From: Deinococcales bacterium
Lineage (GTDB): Bacteria > Deinococcota > Deinococci > Deinococcales > JAAFIG01
Reading direction: 5' to 3'
Assembly: GCA_013298595.1 (NCBI GenBank)
Contig: JAAFIG010000006.1
Coordinates: forward strand, 66,017-130,016
Length of the DNA: 64,000 bases
This document shows positions 44,808-53,459 of the stretch, piece by piece (within the stretch, counting starts at the first letter, position 1; each line of letters starts with the position of its first letter). The notes beneath the pieces are model-generated. The model worked only from the letters and a program-made list of their open reading frames with translations. It was not told the DNA's origin and did no database searches. Both the position numbers and the translations under genes were made by a program.

Positions 44808-45932
44808 TTATGCAATCCGAAAATTTTCTTTTTCAGTGTGTGCATTTGCAGCAGTCGAACCTCGAGTTAACATCAACTTGAACTCGTGTGGACTGGTGGC
44901 TGTGGACAGGGCTTCCTCGTAAGAAATCAGCCCACCATTGTATAAATCGACTAAATGCTGGTCAAAGGTTCGCATACCACGCATATTATCCTCGAGCATG
45001 GCATCTTTAATGAGTGGGGTTTTGGTTTCATCTTTGATGTAATCGCGGATCAGTGGGGTGTTAATCATCACCTCGAGCGCTAATACCCGCCCTGAGCCAT
45101 CTGCTCGAGGCAGTAAACGCTGTGACAGCACACCGACGAGGGATTCGGCAAAGAGAATACGAATTTGGTCGCGTTCGTGTGGTGGGAAGAAGTCAATGAT
45201 ACGGTTGACGGTACGGACAGCATCTTGGGTGTGTAAGGTGCTGAGCACCAAGTGACCTGTTTGAGCGGCAGTAATGGCAGCTTCGACGGTTTCTTTGTCA
45301 CGCATTTCGCCAATCATAATGACATCGGGGTCTTGACGCATGGCGTACTTGAGAGCGCTTTTGAAATCGGAGGTATCCGAACCAACTTCGCGTTGCACAA
45401 CTAGGCTGCGTTGGTTGCGATGCAGGTATTCGATTGGGTCTTCGATGGTGATGATGTTATGGGCGTAAGTACGGTTGATTTGGTCTATGAGGGCTGCCAT
45501 GGTGGTGCTTTTGCCTGAACCTGTTGGACCTGTGGTGAGAATAATACCGCGTTCTTTACCACAGAAATCTTCCATTAAATTTCCAGGTAAACCCAGTGAT
45601 TCAAAACTGGCAATCGCATCTGGAATAACACGCATAACCAAACCAATACTGCCGCGCTGACGGAAAATGTTGCAACGGAAACGTGCCACATTTGGTACAA
45701 GATACGCAAAATCGAGTTCGTGACGATACTCAAATTCTTCCCATTGCTCGGCTGTTAAGAGGGTACGTCCAATAATTTTGGTTTGATCTGGTTTTAGGGC
45801 TTCAGTGTGAAATGCAATCAATGTGCCATGCACCCGACCCATTGGTGGTGAACCGACTTGCAAATGCACGTCTGAAACGCCTCGTGCTACCATCGTCCGC
45901 AGCAAATCTACAATTGTTAAGGTTTGCGCCAT
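44808..45932 (-). CDS. pilT: Type IV pilus retraction ATPase PilT
   Basis: Walker A (GPTGSGKST), Asp box, Walker B (MIGEMRD), His box (TGHLVLSTLHT) and the AIRNLIRE-like segment LIRDYIKD. Confidence 0.9.
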   Translation of the reverse strand: MAQTLTIVDLLRTMVARGVSDVHLQVGSPPMGRVHGTLIAFHTEALKPDQTKIIGRTLLTAEQWEEFEYRHELDFAYLVPNVARFRCNIFRQRGSIGLVMRVIPDAIASFESLGLPGNLMEDFCGKERGIILTTGPTGSGKSTTMAALIDQINRTYAHNIITIEDPIEYLHRNQRSLVVQREVGSDTSDFKSALKYAMRQDPDVIMIGEMRDKETVEAAITAAQTGHLVLSTLHTQDAVRTVNRIIDFFPPHERDQIRILFAESLVGVLSQRLLPRADGSGRVLALEVMINTPLIRDYIKDETKTPLIKDAMLEDNMRGMRTFDQHLVDLYNGGLISYEEALSTATSPHEFKLMLTRGSTAANAHTEKENFRIA

Positions 45933-45976
45933 ATCCGTCTCCTTGCTTAGTACTTACACTGTACACCTAAAAATGC

Positions 45977-46801
45977 TTAGACTTCAGGTTTTAATAACAC
46001 ATTACCACCTGCACGTAAATCAAAACGAGTCAACGCATTGTTGGAAAACAAGGCGTACGCCCCCAAATTAGGGGCACTGATCGCTTCAAAAATAAATTCT
46101 CGACCACCTTCGTCACGCATTCGCACTTTTTTAATTGGGTTGCCATGTTGCCGATCCCAAGCTCGTAAAATCACATCATCCACACAGACCTGCATACCTG
46201 TCATTTCTCGAGATAAACCAATCACCAATCTTGCCACTCGAGCTTTGCGTTTTTTCATCTCAAGTAAACCCATGCTAGAAAGTCGGACTAAGGTTTTTTG
46301 CACTGCCTCAAGTGGTTGGCTGGTGGCTTGCGAGAGCGTCACTACAGTGCGTTCGCCATCTATCAGTTGCACAATGGCAAATTCATCTGCTGACATGGTT
46401 AGGGCGCTGACTCGTTGAATATCAAGGATTCTTGGCGCATCGAGTTCCTCGGGTAAAGGAATTTGTTTTTCGATAGTACTTGTACCGTCGTCTAAACTAC
46501 GAATCACTTCGAGCATCAGGTTGTCAAAGGCTTGATCTATGGTTTTTTTCGCTGGCATTTTTGAGGGTTGAAATTCAAAATTGCCGCGTTCATCTTTGAG
46601 CATGGCTCGCAGTGCATCAGCATCCAATGTTGTCCCAAAGGAAACATGGGTTATTCGCCCAGTTTCAAAGAAAACCCGTCCTTCTCGTTCCGAAGGGTGA
46701 TAAATTTGCAAGCACCCTTTCGATTGATTCTGCGAAAGTAACTGCAATAAATCCAGTAAATTAAAAACACCTAATGAGCCGCGCACATTGTAATTGTACA
46801 A
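45977..46801 (-). CDS. DUF4388-domain protein
   Basis: The N-terminal GSLGVFNLLDLLQLLSQNQSKGCLQI is the DUF4388 hallmark as I recall it. The track start is TTG; a GTG at 46786 is an alternative. Confidence 0.65.
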   Translation of the reverse strand: MYNYNVRGSLGVFNLLDLLQLLSQNQSKGCLQIYHPSEREGRVFFETGRITHVSFGTTLDADALRAMLKDERGNFEFQPSKMPAKKTIDQAFDNLMLEVIRSLDDGTSTIEKQIPLPEELDAPRILDIQRVSALTMSADEFAIVQLIDGERTVVTLSQATSQPLEAVQKTLVRLSSMGLLEMKKRKARVARLVIGLSREMTGMQVCVDDVILRAWDRQHGNPIKKVRMRDEGGREFIFEAISAPNLGAYALFSNNALTRFDLRAGGNVLLKPEV

Positions 46802-46810
46802 CCAAGATTG

Positions 46811-47896
46811 TCAAACGGGCGTAAATAACACACCTTGCTCGAGTAACACGAGGATTTTCTTGTCCAAATTGGCTATTGCACGGGTTTTTGGGTTCTCGAG
46901 GGCAGGGTGAGGGGCGGCTAAGGCATACACTTCGATACTAAATTGCCGATGGGTCATTGTGTGCGAAACATTGCCGAGATACACAGTTTTTTGATTTTTA
47001 GCCGTTTTAACCAAAACGGCTAATGCCGCTTCTGGGGTGGTGGTGATTGACTCGAGCGGCACACCGTACAAACCACCAAGTAACCCTTTTTTGGGTCGCT
47101 CGAGAAGTAAAACCCGTCCTTGCCAATGCCAAATCAGGGCAACAGCATCTATGGCAGTTATGGTAGCTCGAGGTTTCGGAGCAGGGACATGACTTGTTGT
47201 GCCTGATAAGTTGGCTTGACAGTGCATGGCAACTGGGCACTCAAGGCAACGTGGTTTTTTGCTACAAATAGTTGCGCCAAGTTCAATCAGGGCTTCGTTC
47301 CAAGCCCCTGCACGGTTATGCTCGAGGTAAGTTGTGGCTGTTGCCCATAACCAATCTTCATTTGGCTTTGCATTGTTCTCAAGCCGTGACAAAACCCGTC
47401 GGATATTGCCATCCACAGTCGCCACTGCCTCGTTACGGGTCAGACTGGCAATAGCTGCGGCTGTGTAACGCCCAACCCCTGGTAAGGCAAGCCATGCGTC
47501 AGCAGAATTGGGAATTCCTTGTGTTGCCATTTGCCCAGCTGCTTGGTGTAAATTCCGCGCTCGAGCGTAATAGCCAGCACCTTCCCAAAGCTTTAGCACC
47601 ACCTCCAAAGGTGCAGCCGCTAAATCCTGCATTGTTGGAAAAGCCTCAAGAAAAGTTTGAAAATACACAGATGCCCGAGATACCTGCGTTTGTTGCAATA
47701 AAATCTCGGATAACCAAACCACATACGCATCTCGAGTACCTGCTAAAGAACCACGCCACGGTAAAATTCGGGCATTATTGTCGTACCACTCGAGTAAACG
47801 CTGATGCAAAGCAGCCATTCGATGTTTTGATGAATCAGGATTGTCAAAAAAATCAGTCAGTATCGTTTTGCCTTCATCCTTCATCCTGTCATCCAT
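46811..47896 (-). CDS. mutY: A/G-specific adenine DNA glycosylase MutY
   Basis: HhH-GPD region (LPGVGRYTAAAI), a 4Fe-4S cluster loop (C..KKPRCLECP....C) and a C-terminal NUDIX-like domain. The start is ambiguous (47902, 47896 or 47884). Confidence 0.85.
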   Translation of the reverse strand: MDDRMKDEGKTILTDFFDNPDSSKHRMAALHQRLLEWYDNNARILPWRGSLAGTRDAYVVWLSEILLQQTQVSRASVYFQTFLEAFPTMQDLAAAPLEVVLKLWEGAGYYARARNLHQAAGQMATQGIPNSADAWLALPGVGRYTAAAIASLTRNEAVATVDGNIRRVLSRLENNAKPNEDWLWATATTYLEHNRAGAWNEALIELGATICSKKPRCLECPVAMHCQANLSGTTSHVPAPKPRATITAIDAVALIWHWQGRVLLLERPKKGLLGGLYGVPLESITTTPEAALAVLVKTAKNQKTVYLGNVSHTMTHRQFSIEVYALAAPHPALENPKTRAIANLDKKILVLLEQGVLFTPV

Positions 47897-47898
47897 TC

Positions 47899-48789
47899 TC
47901 AAAACACCACTGTTTTATTCTGATAGACCAACACCCGATCCTCGAGATGCGCCTTGACTGCTCGTGCCAGCACGGCTCGTTCAATATCACGCCCGACTCG
48001 AGTTAAAGCTTTGACATCATCTCGGTGTGTGACCCTCGCCACATCTTGTTCGATGATCGGACCGCCATCAAGTTCGGCTGTTACGTAATGAGCGGTTGCG
48101 CCAATAATTTTCACACCGCGCTGAAACGCACTTTTATACGGATTTGCCCCAATAAAAGCAGGTAAGAAACTATGGTGAATGTTAATCACAGGTACTGCTA
48201 ATTGCTCGAGAAAATCGGCTGATAAAATCTGCATATACCGAGCTAAAACCACAAAATCGGCTTGACCACGTAGCAACTCGAGAATTTGGCTTTCTGAAAC
48301 GCGTTTATCCTCACCTTTTTGCGAAGCCACAAGATGATACGGAATATCAAAAGCTTTGACATCTACCTCGAGATCGGTGTGGTTACTAATGACCATGGGG
48401 ATGTCACAATCAAATTCGCCTCGACGCACCCGCCACAGTAAATCCATCAAACAATGATCGTATTTACTACATAAAATTGCCATGCGTTTAGGTTCGTTGG
48501 CATAAGACAAACTCCACTCCATTGTAAAAGGCGTTGCCACAACCTCCTGAAAGGCTTTCTCAAATTGCGCCCTAGGCACATCTAAACCCTCGAGTGAGAA
48601 TTCTTGACGCATAAAAAAACGTCCACCTTCAGGGTCGGTACTATGCTGATCTGAAGACATGATATTGGCATTATGATTAAATAAAAATTGCGATACTGCC
48701 GCAACAATCCCGCGTTTGTCAGGGCAACTAATCAGCAACCGTGCAGTGTTTGGGCGACTCGGAATTTTAGGTAAAGGAAGGTCAGACAT
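47899..48789 (-). CDS. purU: Formyltetrahydrofolate deformylase
   Basis: N-terminal ACT domain ([19 protein letters not shown]) and a formyltransferase core ([21 protein letters not shown]). I prefer the start MSDLPL at 48789. The track ORF extends to 48831. Confidence 0.85.
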   Translation of the reverse strand: MSDLPLPKIPSRPNTARLLISCPDKRGIVAAVSQFLFNHNANIMSSDQHSTDPEGGRFFMRQEFSLEGLDVPRAQFEKAFQEVVATPFTMEWSLSYANEPKRMAILCSKYDHCLMDLLWRVRRGEFDCDIPMVISNHTDLEVDVKAFDIPYHLVASQKGEDKRVSESQILELLRGQADFVVLARYMQILSADFLEQLAVPVINIHHSFLPAFIGANPYKSAFQRGVKIIGATAHYVTAELDGGPIIEQDVARVTHRDDVKALTRVGRDIERAVLARAVKAHLEDRVLVYQNKTVVF

Positions 48790-48854
48790 CGGCGCACATT
48801 GTAACGGACAAAAAGCAAAGGGCAAAGCCATAGATGCTTTGCCTCAGAATAAGC

Positions 48855-48877
48855 GTAGCGGCGGGGCTTGCCTCGCC
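48855..48877 (+). repeat. REP-like element GTAGCGGCGGGGcttgCCTCGCC (one stem mismatch)
   Basis: Lies in the divergent spacer between purU and cobS. Confidence 0.6.
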
Positions 48878-48914
48878 TTCTCGCATAGAAGCCCAAAGCT
48901 GTTAGCATGCACGT

Positions 48915-49634
48915 ATGAACTCGAGGCTTTCGGTATTGCGTGGTTTGCATTTGGCTCATACTTTTTTGACAACATTACCGTTTCCTCATGTCGGTGAAGT
49001 TCGGGATGGGGAGTTTCGGTATGCCAGTGGTTTTTACCCAGCAGTGGGTTGGACACTTGGTATTTTATTGTGTTTAACGCATTGGTTGGTCTCGGGTTTG
49101 CCCAGCACAGTTGGCGCAGCGTTATTATTGGCTGTTTGGCTTGGTTTAACGGGAATGCTGCATTTTGATGGTTTAGTGGATTGTGGTGATGCGTTACTGG
49201 CAGCTAAGCCCCCCGAGAAACGACTCGAGATTCTTTCGGATGTTCATATGGGTGCGTTTGGTTTAGCAGTTGGTGCCGTGCATATTTTACTGAAATGGAG
49301 CGCAATCTCGAGTTTAACCGTGTGGTTACCGTTGCTACTGGCACCAGTGTTAGCTCGAGCGGCACTTCTAATTCCGATGAATGTTTTTCCGAGTGCTCGA
49401 GCCGAAAGCTTAGGGGCAAAATCTCGAGAAGGCAATTGGAGTGTTGGTTTTCTGATTGCCTTACCCGCTGTTTTGCTTGCCCCACAACTCGCCTTAGTTG
49501 CAGTACTGACCGCGCTTGGCGTAGCTTGGTTTGCCTCGAGCCGCTTAAACGGTGGTATTAGCGGTGATGTGTACGGTGCAATTGTAGAAATTTGTGAGGT
49601 CGCAATTATTATTGCTGCTTTAACTCGGGGTTAA
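48915..49634 (+). CDS. cobS: Adenosylcobinamide-GDP ribazoletransferase (cobalamin synthase)
   Basis: Polytopic membrane protein with the FLTTLPFP N-terminal motif and the HFDGLVDCGDAL motif typical of CobS. Confidence 0.8.
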   Translation: MNSRLSVLRGLHLAHTFLTTLPFPHVGEVRDGEFRYASGFYPAVGWTLGILLCLTHWLVSGLPSTVGAALLLAVWLGLTGMLHFDGLVDCGDALLAAKPPEKRLEILSDVHMGAFGLAVGAVHILLKWSAISSLTVWLPLLLAPVLARAALLIPMNVFPSARAESLGAKSREGNWSVGFLIALPAVLLAPQLALVAVLTALGVAWFASSRLNGGISGDVYGAIVEICEVAIIIAALTRG

Positions 49635-49635
49635 A

Positions 49636-49917
49636 TCAATTGGTTCGGGTACTCGAACCACTAATCCGAACACCTTTTTGTTCAATCACACCAAATTCGG
49701 CTTCGTAACGCTGAATATTCTCGGCGAGTGCTTGCAAAACAGCTTTGGCATGTTGCGGGCTGGTCATCAGCCTCGAGACGACCAAAGCAGGTTGGCTTGG
49801 TACTGTGAAAACAAAATCTAAAATAAATTCGTGTGGTGTGTGCGAAATCAAGGCAAAATTGGTGTATTTACCCTGGGCAATTTCTGGGGTGATCTCGAGG
49901 TGCAAATCTTCATTCAT
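49636..49917 (-). CDS. DUF3467-family small protein
   Basis: 93 aa. The YTNFALISHTPHEFILDF pattern matches my recollection of DUF3467. Confidence 0.55.
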   Translation of the reverse strand: MNEDLHLEITPEIAQGKYTNFALISHTPHEFILDFVFTVPSQPALVVSRLMTSPQHAKAVLQALAENIQRYEAEFGVIEQKGVRISGSSTRTN

Positions 49918-50029
49918 GTATATAGTCTACTCGAGGCAAAGTTGAGTTCCAAATAATGCTTTGGGTTGATGCTCAAATGTCAATACTTTATACCGATGCA
50001 AGACATCCTTAAACTGCTAAACTATTTTT

Positions 50030-50638
50030 ATGGCAACAATTCACGTTCCAACAACCACTCGTCAGGCTTTTGCTGGTTGGTTACTCGGCGTTTTTGGTTG
50101 GAAAGCCATTCTCGAGCCACCAAAAGACAAAAAATACGTTTTAGTTGGCTATGCCCATACCAGCAACTTAGATTTCTTTCCAGCCATCGCTTGGATTTGG
50201 GCAACAGGTTTACGCGCCAGTTGGGTTGGTAAAGCCCAATTATTTAAAGGCTTAATGAAACCAATCATGACTTGGTTAGGTGGTATTCCTGTAGACCGCG
50301 ACAAAAGCCGTAACTTTGTACAAAAAGTCGCAGATTTATTTGCTGCTCGAGACGAATTATTCTTAATTATTGCCGCCGAAGGAACCCGCTCGAGAGCTGA
50401 GTACTGGAAAACAGGTTTTTATTACATTGCCTTAGAAGCCAAAGTACCACTAGCACTGGCTTATATAGACTGGAAACGCAGAGAAGTTGGCATTGGAGCG
50501 TATTTTACACCCACTGGTAATTTAGAAGCCGATTTTGCAGCCATTAAAGGTTTTTTTGAACCCGTTGTTGGACGCGACCCCAATAAACAAAGCCCAATTC
50601 GGTTAAAGCCAAAAGACAGCATCGAAGAGGGGAAGTAA
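50030..50638 (+). CDS. Lysophospholipid (1-acyl-sn-glycerol-3-phosphate) acyltransferase-family protein
   Basis: HX4D motif (HTSNLD) and AAEGTRS motif III. Confidence 0.75.
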   Translation: MATIHVPTTTRQAFAGWLLGVFGWKAILEPPKDKKYVLVGYAHTSNLDFFPAIAWIWATGLRASWVGKAQLFKGLMKPIMTWLGGIPVDRDKSRNFVQKVADLFAARDELFLIIAAEGTRSRAEYWKTGFYYIALEAKVPLALAYIDWKRREVGIGAYFTPTGNLEADFAAIKGFFEPVVGRDPNKQSPIRLKPKDSIEEGK

Positions 50639-50776
50639 ACAAGGCAAGCCTGTCTTGCCCAACAACACTTACCTGACAGGCATAGTCACCCAACCCTACC
50701 ATTTTGCCTTCATCTTACCTCCTTTGCCTTTTGCTCCCTTAATTTCCCTCATGACCGACGGTTATACTTCGCGCCA

Positions 50777-51535
50777 ATGCTCCCGAGTGCTTTAGCTGCT
50801 GCGATTTTATTTAGTGTTTCCGACCCGTCAAGTGATGCTTTAGGGGATGGTGCTTATACATTACCTGCCGCTAAACGTGATGCTTCACAATTGGATATCC
50901 GCACCTTTAGTGCTTTGGACAACAACGGCAAACTCGAGTTTCAATTTTCAATGGGTCGGGTACAAAACCTAGATAAAGCCCCAAATGGTTTCTCAAATGC
51001 TGTCATTGATGTTTTTATTGGCACAGGACGTGGAGGCAACACCGATTTAGGCAATAGTGGTTTTGTCACTCGAGCTAACAGCGGTTGGTATTACTGGATT
51101 CGGGCTACACCGTGGGGAGTGACTCTAAAACGTGATAAAAATGCTGATCTGGTCAATTTACCAAGCTCGAGAACCGCTAAAGCCAACGCCGATGCTGCCA
51201 ATATTTTTATTCAAACTGATATTCCTGTTGGGGCATACACCTATTACGCAATGTCGAGTTTGTACGATAGTTTAACACCAACAGGCATTGCCCAACCACA
51301 AGCCGAGCCTTCGCCACTTAAACTATTATCACCACTCGAGAATGCACCCAGTGCTTTAGATATTGTCTTCGAGAATCGGCAAATTCTGCTTTGGTCTAAT
51401 CGTGAAGTGCCACCACTCAACGAACCACAACTTGGTACAAACCCGTTGTTATTCACAGGTATTGTTGGTGCGGCACTGGTGTTAATCACCACCATTTGGG
51501 GATTATTTAATTTTTCAAAACGCGATACGTTTTAA
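50777..51535 (+). CDS. Glucodextranase C-terminal-like (Glucodextran_C) domain protein with a C-terminal TM anchor
   Basis: The DPSSDALGDGAYTLP...LDIRTF pattern resembles that domain. The C-terminus is hydrophobic. No upstream in-frame start exists, so the signal peptide is weak or absent. Confidence 0.5.
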   Translation: MLPSALAAAILFSVSDPSSDALGDGAYTLPAAKRDASQLDIRTFSALDNNGKLEFQFSMGRVQNLDKAPNGFSNAVIDVFIGTGRGGNTDLGNSGFVTRANSGWYYWIRATPWGVTLKRDKNADLVNLPSSRTAKANADAANIFIQTDIPVGAYTYYAMSSLYDSLTPTGIAQPQAEPSPLKLLSPLENAPSALDIVFENRQILLWSNREVPPLNEPQLGTNPLLFTGIVGAALVLITTIWGLFNFSKRDTF

Positions 51536-51578
51536 AAACCCGAATGATTGGGCAACATCAGGTCTGCTTTGCTGATAC

Positions 51579-52535
51579 TTATTTTGTTAAAGTCTGTAAA
51601 TTCTCGAGAATCCGAGGAGCAGCTGGTTGAGCAGCTGGCACAAATTGCAAACCTGTTAATTGCTCGTAAGCGGCAATATAACGCGCTGCTACTTGGGCAA
51701 CAAATTCGGCTGGCATGATGGGTGGTGTGCCATCGCCGTTATAACCTTGTTCGGCAAACCATAAACGCAAAAATTCCTTATCAAAACTGGTTGGAGACGA
51801 CGGGTTTGCTTGATATGAATCCAGCGTCCAATAACGGCTCGAGTCTGGTGTATGAACCTCATCTATCAGCACTAACTCACCATCAATTGTGCCAAATTCG
51901 TACTTGGTATCCACCAGCACCAAACCAGCTTTTTGGGCAACAGCTTGTCCTCGAGCAAACAATGCTAAAGCTGCTTGTTCAACTTGCGCCCACAATGCAG
52001 CACCAACTAAACCCTGTTCGAGAATTTCGGTTTTGGTGATCGCATGGTCATGACCACCTGCTTCGGCTTTAGTGGTTGGTGTAATAATTGCTTGTGGCAA
52101 ACGATCATTTTTTTGTAAACCATCAGGTAAAACCACACCATACGCATCTCGAGTACCACTTTGATACATCGTCCACAAACTGGTTTTGGTCACACCTGTA
52201 ATAAACCCACGCACCACCACTTCAACAGGTAAAGGCTTAGCCTCCTTAGCAATGGTCACATTGGCATCAGGCACGGATAAAACATGATTAGGCACGATGT
52301 CTGTTGTTTGTGCAAACCACCAAGCTGACAATTGATTAAGCACCTGCCCCTTAAACGGAATCACACCTAGCACCACATCAAAAGCACTGACCCGATCTGT
52401 GGTCACAAGCAACCTCGAGCGATTAGGTAATGCCACCATTTCACGTACCTTGCCACTGGTTTGTGCACCAAAAGTTGTTAAATCAAGACTCGAGAGAGCC
52501 GTTGGAATGGCGTTGAGAAGGTCGGTATGCGTCAT
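51579..52535 (-). CDS. purC: Phosphoribosylaminoimidazole-succinocarboxamide (SAICAR) synthase, long form
   Basis: LLVTTDRVSAFD and LVLVDTKYEFG motifs. Confidence 0.85.
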   Translation of the reverse strand: MTHTDLLNAIPTALSSLDLTTFGAQTSGKVREMVALPNRSRLLVTTDRVSAFDVVLGVIPFKGQVLNQLSAWWFAQTTDIVPNHVLSVPDANVTIAKEAKPLPVEVVVRGFITGVTKTSLWTMYQSGTRDAYGVVLPDGLQKNDRLPQAIITPTTKAEAGGHDHAITKTEILEQGLVGAALWAQVEQAALALFARGQAVAQKAGLVLVDTKYEFGTIDGELVLIDEVHTPDSSRYWTLDSYQANPSSPTSFDKEFLRLWFAEQGYNGDGTPPIMPAEFVAQVAARYIAAYEQLTGLQFVPAAQPAAPRILENLQTLTK

Positions 52536-52604
52536 CGGGCACAGGTTAGCAGAAAAGCAAGGGGAGTTTTAGCTTTTGGGCAAGGCTAGCCTGTATTGAG
52601 TCGT

Positions 52605-52632
52605 GCAGGGCGAGGCATGCCTCGCACCCTAC
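52605..52632 (-). repeat. REP-like element (minus-strand reading GTAGGGTGCGAGGCATGCCTCGCcctgc)
   Basis: Contains the perfect 16-bp palindrome GCGAGGCATGCCTCGC. The TAG of its GTAG head is the fdhD stop codon (52629-52631). Confidence 0.65.
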
Positions 52633-53459
52633 GGCTTTTCGTTCGCCGTTATTCTCTCAGCACTCGAGTAAACATTCATTCGTTGTCCTCGTAAAAAACC
52701 GACCAAAGTAAGTCCAAATTTCTGGGCAACTTCGACAGCTAAACTCGAGGGCGCAGAGACACTGGCAAGGATTGGTATTTGAGCTGCGATGGCTTTTTGG
52801 GCAATTTCAAAACCTGCTCTACCCGAGACAACCAACACCGTTTGCTCGAGGGGTTGAGCGTTGAGTAATGCCCAGCCGATTAACTTATCCACAGCATTGT
52901 GTCGTCCGATGTCTTCGCGTAATGCAAGTAATACACCTTGGCTCGAGAAGAGAGCAGCTGCATGGTTTCCGCCCGTAAAGTCAAATAATACTTGTTCTGC
53001 ACGAAGTTTTTCGGGTAAATCATAAAGGGTTTGCGGGCTGATTTGCAGCGGATTCTCGAGGGGGCTACATCGCATATCTAGTGCTTCGAGGCTGGCTTTT
53101 CCACAAACACCACAAGCGCTTGTGGATAACGAAGTTCGGATAAAATTCGAGATTTCGACTTGGACATTGGCTTGTAATTTGATATTCACAATATTGAATC
53201 GTTGCTCGAGTTTATTGGTCACACAATACGAAATTTTTTGGATTTGCTCAGCATTGTCAATAATACCTTCGGCAAAGCACCAACCCGCTGCAAGTTCAAA
53301 ATCATGTCCAGGGGTTCGCATTGTGGTGGTTAAAGTATGGCGTTGTCTTGCAACCTCGAGCCGAAGCTCGAGGGGTTCTTCGAGCACCACAGCATCTGTT
53401 CGCATGGTTTTGTTTGTACCATCGAAAATGGTGATTCGCGTTTTACGACTGCCTTTCAT
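52629..53459 (-). CDS. fdhD: Formate dehydrogenase accessory sulfurtransferase FdhD
   Basis: STSACGVCG catalytic cysteine loop and GRHNAVDK motif. 4-nt overlap with the upstream ydeP-like gene. Confidence 0.85.
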   Translation of the reverse strand: MKGSRKTRITIFDGTNKTMRTDAVVLEEPLELRLEVARQRHTLTTTMRTPGHDFELAAGWCFAEGIIDNAEQIQKISYCVTNKLEQRFNIVNIKLQANVQVEISNFIRTSLSTSACGVCGKASLEALDMRCSPLENPLQISPQTLYDLPEKLRAEQVLFDFTGGNHAAALFSSQGVLLALREDIGRHNAVDKLIGWALLNAQPLEQTVLVVSGRAGFEIAQKAIAAQIPILASVSAPSSLAVEVAQKFGLTLVGFLRGQRMNVYSSAERITANEKP

